Positions 57,640 through 64,000 of a stretch of DNA of 64,000 bases are shown in pieces (the first letter of the stretch is position 1; the number at the start of each line of letters is the position of its first letter). Under the pieces are notes generated by a model. The model saw only the letters and a program-made list of their open reading frames with translations. It was not told the DNA's origin and did not search any database. The DNA is taken from positions 12,555 to 76,554 of the forward strand of contig JAYPJE010000018.1 in assembly GCA_038128265.1 (NCBI GenBank), read 5' to 3'. Position numbers and translations under genes: made by a program. The DNA comes from Gemmatimonadota bacterium (GTDB lineage: Bacteria > Latescibacterota > UBA2968 > UBA8231).

Positions 57640-58704
57640 TTAAAGAAAATGTAGATGGCAATCGTCCCGCCGCTCCTCAACGGTGCCGATCAAGCGCGCC
57701 CCTTCCACACCGCGTTCGCGCAGTGCCGCCAACGCCTCGGCAGCTTCTGCTTCGGGCAGCGCTACCAGCAGACCGCCGCTGGTCTGCGGATCAACGAGCA
57801 GTTCGCGCTGCGCCGCGTCCAGCCCATCGGCAACGCGCATGCTCTCTTCGACCAGAGCACGGTTGGCGGCATTGACTCCCGTGCTCACGCCGCGCTCGTA
57901 CATGGCCAGTGCCTCGGGCAATTGGGGCACATCGGCTGCGGCAATATGAAAACAACAATCGGCTCCGCGCGCCATTTCAAAGGCGTGACCGGCCAGGCCA
58001 AAGCCCGTTACATCCGTCGCCGCGTGCACGCTAAAGCGCTGCAGCACATCGCAGGCCGTCTTGTTGAGCGCGACCAGTGTATCAATGCACGCGCGCATCG
58101 ACTCCGGCGAAACCCAGCCGCGCAGATTGGCGTTGAACAAGACGCCGCTGCCGATTGGCTTGGTGAGCAGCAACACGTCGCCGACCTGCGCCCCGCTGTT
58201 GCGCCAGTGGCGCTCGGGATGGACGATACCGGTAACCGATAGACCAAACTTGGGCTCGTCGTCTTCCGTCGTATGTCCACCGGCCAGCACGGCGCCGGCC
58301 TCCGTTATCTTGTTTAGGGCGCCCTCGACAATTCCGTGTAGCACCTCTGCACCTAGATGCTGCCCCGGAAAGGCGATCAGGTTGAGACAGGTGAGCGGTC
58401 GTCCCCCCATGGCGTAGACGTCGCTCAGCGAATTGGCGGCACCTATCTGACCAAACACAAAGGGATCGTCTACCGGTGGCGTTATAAAGTCAGCCGTAAC
58501 GACGATAGCCTGTTCGTCGTTGAGCCGATATACCCCGGCATCGTCGCTGGTTTCAAAGCCAACCAGTAAATTGGCGTCCCTGTTCTGAGGTAGCCCCGCC
58601 AGCAGTTTCTCCAGTCCGACCGGACTGGCTTTAGCCGCTCACCCGCAGGTTTTGGCCAAGCTGGTCAGACTTTTGTCGCGCGCGAAAATGCTCTTTATAT
58701 CCAT
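57640..58704 (-). CDS. selD: Selenide,water dikinase (selenophosphate synthetase), selenocysteine-containing, 354 aa
   Basis: Manual translation from ATG 58704: MDIKSIFARDKSLTSLAKTCG-[TGA]-AAKASP…DDAGVY…DFITP.VDDP..FG.I.AANSLSDVYAMGG; GGHT, LTKPIG, TDVTGFGLAGH, DPQTSGGLL. The TGA is at the catalytic Cys/Sec position. Confidence 0.95.
58611..58628 (-). promoter_or_regulatory. Bacterial SECIS element of selD
   Basis: 10 nt after the UGA (58641-58639): perfect 7-bp stem CCAGUCC/GGACUGG with GGUC loop; first loop G is 18 nt from the UGA. Confidence 0.8.
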
Positions 58705-58882
58705 GGTCCACAATGAGCGTTAAACGAGATCACACTGCCGTTTAAGTATAGGGACAACCGCGGCTGTGCAACACCGCTACAGCGCCTATAGCGTCGCAAA
58801 AAATCGCTGCTCTGTCCTATATGTATTACCTTACAGGCCGTGATGACTGCACGTTAACGGCCATTAAAGGGAGAGGACTTCT

Positions 58883-59485
58883 ATGAAAACCATTCGCTCT
58901 TATCTACTCGTTCTCACCTGTGCGCTCGTCGCCGCCCCAAACAGCGGCGAAGCCGCGCAGAACAAAATGGAGAGGTGGTACACCTATTGGGGCTTGGGAG
59001 GAGCCAACACAACCTATCCCAGCGAAATCGGCGACCTGCTCGACCTATTGGAAGCCCTGCCGGGCATCGACCGCACGCGCATAAGCATGGACCTCTTTGG
59101 ACTCTACATTCCACTCAGCGAAAAGACCCTTGCCGGCTTCGTACTCAATGCGGGAGCCGATCGCTTGGACTACGGAGAGGACGACTGGATGCAGGTCAAC
59201 CTCTACACCTATGCTGCCAGCGCCCAATACTACCCGCGCCAAATTGGCCAAGGTGTATTCGGACGCCTCGATGTCGGCCTGGCTGCAGCCAACGTCTCCT
59301 ACGACATCGAAGGCGATTCAGAAGACGAGACCTCCGACTCGGGCATTGGCATGCTGGTGGGCGTGGGCTACGCATACCCCATCATGTCCGGCTCCCGCAT
59401 CGTGTTCAACCTCAATTACGCTATGCGAACAATCGAGGAAGAATCTTACAGCACCGTGGGCTTTTCCATCGGCGGACTCTTCTAA
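58883..59485 (+). CDS. Small outer-membrane beta-barrel protein
   Basis: GAGAGG RBS; signal peptide; alternating amphipathic strands; C-terminal Phe (GFSIGGLF). Confidence 0.8.
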   Translation: MKTIRSYLLVLTCALVAAPNSGEAAQNKMERWYTYWGLGGANTTYPSEIGDLLDLLEALPGIDRTRISMDLFGLYIPLSEKTLAGFVLNAGADRLDYGEDDWMQVNLYTYAASAQYYPRQIGQGVFGRLDVGLAAANVSYDIEGDSEDETSDSGIGMLVGVGYAYPIMSGSRIVFNLNYAMRTIEEESYSTVGFSIGGLF

Positions 59486-59499
59486 GGACAGCAGCGCGC

Positions 59500-61470
59500 A
59501 TGAATGATCAACAGTGGCTCAATCACCTGCTGCCCCTGCCCAAGGAAATAGCGGTCGATGGCAGCGTAGAAGTCCACCCTGCTCGCGTCGTCATCGAGGT
59601 CGACGATGGAGCTGGTCCGCAGGCCGCACAGGCCGCCAGCCAACTCCGCGACCTGCTGGCACAGCCGTCGAGTCCACATGCAGGCGAAGCAGCTTTCACG
59701 ATTGCGTTGGATCTGATCGATAGCCGAGAGCACCCAGCCGCTCCGTCCGTCGACGTCGACTTTCTGCGCTCGTGTCCCAATGCTGAACAGGCCTATATCG
59801 TGCAAGCAGACGGCGACGATACCCGCTTGCTCGTCAGCGCCCTAGACGGACGCGGCCTCTACTACGGCGCCTCCACGCTGTGCCAGCTGCTGGGTGCAAC
59901 CCTCACCGCCGAGCGCGTGCTCATACCGCTGGTGCATATACGCGACTGGCCCGATCTGGCCGAGCGCGGCCTGTGGAACTTCCCCGACGAAAAAAACTGG
60001 ATTCCCTGGCTGGCCGATATGAAGCTCAATTTTGGCAAGATGGCCACCACGCAGCTAGCGTCCGTGCAGCGCGGCCAGCCCAACTCGGCGACGATCGATA
60101 GAGATCTCATGCTCGAAAGCCAGCGGCGCGCCTTTAACTACTCGCCGTTTATTCTGCACCTCAACTTCCTGCACGGCTACGGCCTCTACCAGGCCTACCC
60201 AGAGCTGGCCGGCCGCGGCGATAGCGCGCTGACGGGCCGCTACTTTGCCCACAAAGAGGGCAACCAGCACCGCGCCCCGTGCGCTTCGCAGCCGGTGCTC
60301 ATAGACATTCTCTGCGAGTGGATGGAATCCATTGCCGCCCAAGACGGGCTCGATATCAGCTGCTGGCTCAGCGAACGACCGGGCCAGTGCGCCTGCGATG
60401 CGTGCACCGCCGAGGGCCAGTTCGTCCTCGAAGCGCGCGCCTTTGTGCGCGCCTGGCAGCGCGCGCGCCAAACCTACCCAGACCTGCAGATCCGCATGTT
60501 CCTTTCGACCACCACGCTCGAGCGCGACTGGCGCGTGCTGGCCGAACTCCCGCCCGAAGTAAAAATTGAGCGGGCCTGCGCCATGGGGCTCGAGCGCGTC
60601 ACGCACGCCCCCCGCGACCTCTTTGCCAACCCGCTCTACGACCGCTACGCGGGCCAGGGACGCTGGATTGCCAGCTACGACGTGCCCGTTGGCGTCAACG
60701 GCGACGTCGACACGCCGGAGTTCAAGCTACCCCAGCACGCAGCCCACCGGGTACACGACTACGTAGAACAAATGCACGAGCGCGGCTATCAGGGCGCCTA
60801 CGGCATGATAGCCTGGGCCCACTTTGCACGCGAAACGGACGGATTTAATATCGCCGCGCTGGCCGAGTGGTCGTGGAACCGGCGCGGCCGCACCACGCGC
60901 CAGCTAGCGGTAGCATGGGCCACGCGCATCGGCCTACAAAACCCCGACGCCTTTGCCGAGTGGTCCGAAATCGTAGGCCCCATCGCCTTTGACGTATACG
61001 ACTCGGACTTTCCCGTCGCCTATTCGCAAAATCGCATGATCGAGCTAGTGCAACAGCGCCAGCGGCCCTATTTGGGCGAAGGCCTCTTTCGCTACTACGC
61101 CACGCCGGACGCATTCAGAGAGAAGCGCGCCCATCTGGCGCAGGCAGCGCAGCGCGCAGCCGACCTGCCCGAAGCCTACGGGCTGGAGACAGCGATCTTA
61201 GCCAGCTATGTCGATCTGGCCGAACGCATCTGGCACATAGCCGAATGGGTGGCTACCAAGAGATTAGAAGATGTTGAAGAACAGCGCGTGTTGGCAGAGT
61301 ATGTAGTGTCTCTCAAGACAAGCGGAGCGCGCAACGTAGAAGCCATCCGTGCCTGGCGTCTGCACCTGGGCCCCGAGCCCTGGCACCAGCGCGTATACGA
61401 TGCTATTGGCGGCACCGAGCGCACCGTGCGCGAAATCGCGCGCTTTGTCGAAGAGCGCTACACGTATTAA
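59500..61470 (+). CDS. Putative glycoside hydrolase-like protein with N-terminal GH20b (zincin-like) domain
   Basis: Start MNDQQW after AAGGA; LLPLPKE, EQAY, GLYYG..TL.QL, IRDWP...RG; CACDAC motif in the downstream domain. Confidence 0.7.
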   Translation: MNDQQWLNHLLPLPKEIAVDGSVEVHPARVVIEVDDGAGPQAAQAASQLRDLLAQPSSPHAGEAAFTIALDLIDSREHPAAPSVDVDFLRSCPNAEQAYIVQADGDDTRLLVSALDGRGLYYGASTLCQLLGATLTAERVLIPLVHIRDWPDLAERGLWNFPDEKNWIPWLADMKLNFGKMATTQLASVQRGQPNSATIDRDLMLESQRRAFNYSPFILHLNFLHGYGLYQAYPELAGRGDSALTGRYFAHKEGNQHRAPCASQPVLIDILCEWMESIAAQDGLDISCWLSERPGQCACDACTAEGQFVLEARAFVRAWQRARQTYPDLQIRMFLSTTTLERDWRVLAELPPEVKIERACAMGLERVTHAPRDLFANPLYDRYAGQGRWIASYDVPVGVNGDVDTPEFKLPQHAAHRVHDYVEQMHERGYQGAYGMIAWAHFARETDGFNIAALAEWSWNRRGRTTRQLAVAWATRIGLQNPDAFAEWSEIVGPIAFDVYDSDFPVAYSQNRMIELVQQRQRPYLGEGLFRYYATPDAFREKRAHLAQAAQRAADLPEAYGLETAILASYVDLAERIWHIAEWVATKRLEDVEEQRVLAEYVVSLKTSGARNVEAIRAWRLHLGPEPWHQRVYDAIGGTERTVREIARFVEERYTY

Positions 61471-61553
61471 AAAAGCTGGCACGCCTGTAAAATCGCAGTA
61501 GATTGATTCGAATCAGATCCACTGTTACACAATCCGTTAGCAAGGGGGACCAA

Positions 61554-63578
61554 GTGGCCCAAGACAGCAAGTCAAGTGCGGTGCTGGCAGAGATTGATCT
61601 GTCAGCATGTCCGGTGGGCAAAATACTGGACTATAGAGAGCCAGATAAGCGCGTGGAAGAGCAGGTTTTCAAGGGCTGGAACAATGCGCTGGAATGGGGC
61701 CCCAAGCAGGGGAAGCGGGCAAGCTCGTATCGGGTGGTGCGCGACGGAGATGTGCAGGTGCTGGAGCATCACAACAAAACGGGCCGATGCCTCATAACAG
61801 GGGAGCCGCTGTGGGGCGACTATACCATGGAGGCCACTGTTCGACAGTTGAACGCGTTCACGCAGCCCAATAATGACGAACCACACGCCATTGTGGGCCT
61901 CTCAGGCGTGATGGTGCGCTATCAGGACCTGCGGCGCTATTATATCTTTGGCATAGAAGGCCATGACCGCTTCGTGCTGTATCGCCGGGAAGATGAGTCA
62001 TGGACCATGCTCGCCGACCACCGCAATGGGGTAGACCGCGGCAGGTATTATCACCTGAGGGTGGTGTGCGAAGGAGAGCGGTTGGCGTGCTACGTGGATG
62101 GGCAACAAGCCTTGGTCGCCTATGACGACAAGTTCCAGACGGGTAAGGTAGGCGTCCGCACGAATACGCGTAGCCGGATGCATGGAATACGGGTTACCGC
62201 GTCGGAGCCTGCCCGGGCGGCCTACGTAAGCCGTCAGAGTGCGTATGACCGAGAGGTGGCAGAGGTATCGGAAAAATACCCGAAGCCGGTGCTGTGGAAG
62301 CGGATCGACATCAGCGCATACTGGCCCTGCCAGGTGCGGTTGGGAGATTTTCGTGGAGCAGGCAAGAAGGAGATCGTGCTGCAGCAGGAGACGGAAGCGG
62401 GCCCGCGCGTGGTGTGCGTGGATATGGAGGGGGAGACGCAGTGGGACAAGGTGTATCCTGCCGCATCGGGTTTACATACAAAGCACAAGGTAATGCACGA
62501 TCTGGATGCGGACGGCGTGGAGGAGTTCATCGGGGTAGAAGGCGATCTGCTGAAGATGATTAGTGGACGGACAGGGGAAGTGACAGCAGAGACCGAACTG
62601 CCAAAGACCGGACCGTATCGCGGGTATCGGGGAGAGAGCGTGTCCCGGTATTTGCACAAGCTAGGGGCCTTGTGGCCGTGCCGAATTCGCAAGACAGAGA
62701 AGGCACAGGACCTTATCCTGAGAGACGGCGACGGCGCGGGAACCGGGTACTCCATCTGGGCGTACGATGACCAATTGAATCTGCGGTGGCGTCAGGATGC
62801 ACACGACTCGTGGTATGGGATGTACATGTGGTTCTACGACGTAGATGGAGATGGGCGCGATGAGATCCTGCCGGGGTATCAGCTGTACGATGGAGATGGC
62901 AACCTGCTGTGGCTGATGGAAGGCGCCGAATACATCGAAGATTCAGGGGGGGCCGGGCACGTCGATCACGCCGCATTTGGAGAATTAGACGGAGATGAAA
63001 GCAACGGTCCCGAAATAGGGATTGCCGGCAGCGATCCGGGTTTTTTCCTAGTGGATGCGCGCACCGGGGCTCTATTGAGGCACCACCGGTTCGGTCATGT
63101 GCAGGGGATCTATGCGGGGAATTTCCGACCCGACTTACCGGGCTTGGAAATGTGGATGGGAAATCGCTGGGAAAACTACGGGATCATGAATCTGGTGAGT
63201 GGTCAGGGCGATCCGCTGATGCGGTTCGAGCCGGACACGATCAGTCAAGGAGGGCCGCCCGTCAACTGGTCTGGCGACGGCGAGGAACTGCTGTTCCTCT
63301 ATTCTTCAGAGGAAGCGTTCGGTTTCTATGATGCGCAAGGCAGAAAGGTGGTGCGCCCGGTATGTGAAGGACTGCCATTCAAGTGGGCATATGGATTTAA
63401 CGAGGATGTGGTGGGCGACGCTCGAGATGAAATTGTCTATGTGTACGAGGGGTCTGTTTATATCGTAACTCAAGACCGTCCCTATCCTACTGGCGAACAG
63501 ATTTATGCGCCAGAGCGCAAGTTTGATATTTCGTTGCCGGGCTGGAAATTGAATGAGGGTGAGGCATCATCTGGATGA
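61554..63578 (+). CDS. Hypothetical protein: DUF1080-like jelly-roll + FG-GAP-like Ca-binding beta-propeller (PL11-like)
   Basis: Probable GTG start after AAGGGGG; W.DY…GVMVRYQD..YY, YHLRV…YVDG, GKVG; DLDADGVEE, DVDGDGRDE, GNFRPDLPGLE, DVVGDARDE. Confidence 0.7.
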   Translation: MAQDSKSSAVLAEIDLSACPVGKILDYREPDKRVEEQVFKGWNNALEWGPKQGKRASSYRVVRDGDVQVLEHHNKTGRCLITGEPLWGDYTMEATVRQLNAFTQPNNDEPHAIVGLSGVMVRYQDLRRYYIFGIEGHDRFVLYRREDESWTMLADHRNGVDRGRYYHLRVVCEGERLACYVDGQQALVAYDDKFQTGKVGVRTNTRSRMHGIRVTASEPARAAYVSRQSAYDREVAEVSEKYPKPVLWKRIDISAYWPCQVRLGDFRGAGKKEIVLQQETEAGPRVVCVDMEGETQWDKVYPAASGLHTKHKVMHDLDADGVEEFIGVEGDLLKMISGRTGEVTAETELPKTGPYRGYRGESVSRYLHKLGALWPCRIRKTEKAQDLILRDGDGAGTGYSIWAYDDQLNLRWRQDAHDSWYGMYMWFYDVDGDGRDEILPGYQLYDGDGNLLWLMEGAEYIEDSGGAGHVDHAAFGELDGDESNGPEIGIAGSDPGFFLVDARTGALLRHHRFGHVQGIYAGNFRPDLPGLEMWMGNRWENYGIMNLVSGQGDPLMRFEPDTISQGGPPVNWSGDGEELLFLYSSEEAFGFYDAQGRKVVRPVCEGLPFKWAYGFNEDVVGDARDEIVYVYEGSVYIVTQDRPYPTGEQIYAPERKFDISLPGWKLNEGEASSG

Positions 63579-63820
63579 TTGCTGACCCAGCAAAACGACT
63601 ATAGGTGCTGAGAGATCACATCAGAAACCATTACCTAACCACTACTTGAGAATGTCATTGGCAAGAGAGTCTTGGTTGTAGGACGAAGGAGAATGGTATT
63701 TTTTGTCTGTTCGCTACACTCTATAAAGTTCTATGAAAACATAAGTCGGTCTATGGGTGAATACCGATTATGCTTTTATAGCTATAAGTGAAAGAGTGGT
63801 TAGAAGAGAAGGAAATTAGT

Positions 63821-64000
63821 TTAGTCTTCTTCCTCATCTCCATCACACATCTCAACACATTTACCCTCTTTATAGATGTCAGTGTCGATTATGTTTCCAG
63901 CTTTATCATACCAAGTCCACTTACCCTCTTGTTTCCCATCCTTGTAGAATTCTTCTTTTCTTATCTGACCATGCTCATAGTAGTAAACTGACTTACCCTC
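63821..64000 (-). CDS. 3' end of a MORN-variant repeat / YwqK-antitoxin-like protein (partial, start outside window)
   Basis: Open frame from the window edge: EGKSVYYYEHGQIRKEEFYKDGKQEGKWTWYDKAGNIIDTDIYKEGKCVEMCDGDEEED*; typical G....YY..G......Y..GK..G.W..Y repeat. Confidence 0.8.
   Translation of the reverse strand, partial: EGKSVYYYEHGQIRKEEFYKDGKQEGKWTWYDKAGNIIDTDIYKEGKCVEMCDGDEEED

Noticed and set aside
58459..58704. selD as a pseudogene with a premature stop
   Set aside because: The TGA sits exactly at the catalytic Cys/Sec position, is followed by a SECIS-like hairpin, and the rest of the frame is intact.
58975..59499. Apparent 831-aa ORF overlapping the outer-membrane barrel gene
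   Set aside because: The first 175 codons are an Arg/Pro-rich alternative frame of the OMP gene; the true start with RBS is 59500.
63788..63991. 67-aa hydrophobic plus-strand ORF
   Set aside because: Antisense shadow of the MORN-like frame, which has recognisable repeats.
1..64000. CRISPR arrays, tRNA/rRNA, IS elements, integrases, DGR template/variable repeats
   Set aside because: No regularly spaced direct repeats, recognisable RNA genes, transposase/recombinase/RT ORFs or near-identical nucleotide repeat pairs were seen by eye; the paralogs are diverged at synonymous sites.

Overview
GC-rich, gene-dense bacterial DNA from a diderm (lipoproteins, TonB-dependent receptor, beta-barrels). 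The gene content loosely resembles FCB-group/Latescibacterota-like organisms, but this is a low-confidence inference. The dominant feature is two paralogous, convergently oriented cell-envelope clusters (<1-8158 on +, 27477-43838 on -) built from three recurring families that I cannot assign to a characterised system. Family A: six exported proteins with discoidin/F5-8-like modules and a C-terminal FlgD-Ig/CHU_C-like 'TPNGDG' domain, all ending in Tyr. Family B: three ~890-aa signal-peptide proteins with Asp-rich Ca-binding-like loops and probable beta-barrel strands. Family C: three two-block internalin-like LRR lipoproteins, each translationally coupled to a family-A gene. The order A2-B-C-A3 is conserved in both clusters. 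Around them lie two carbohydrate-ABC loci with unusual permeases and no ATPase, sulfatases, two PhyH dioxygenases, glycan-active enzymes and an RsmB/F-family methylase. Three genes are missed or truncated by the ORF track: a selenocysteine-containing selD with a SECIS hairpin, a 46-aa membrane protein, and a partial MORN/YwqK-like gene in an AT-rich right end. I recognised no rRNA, tRNA, CRISPR array, integrase or transposase. All family calls come from motifs read by eye, not from database searches.
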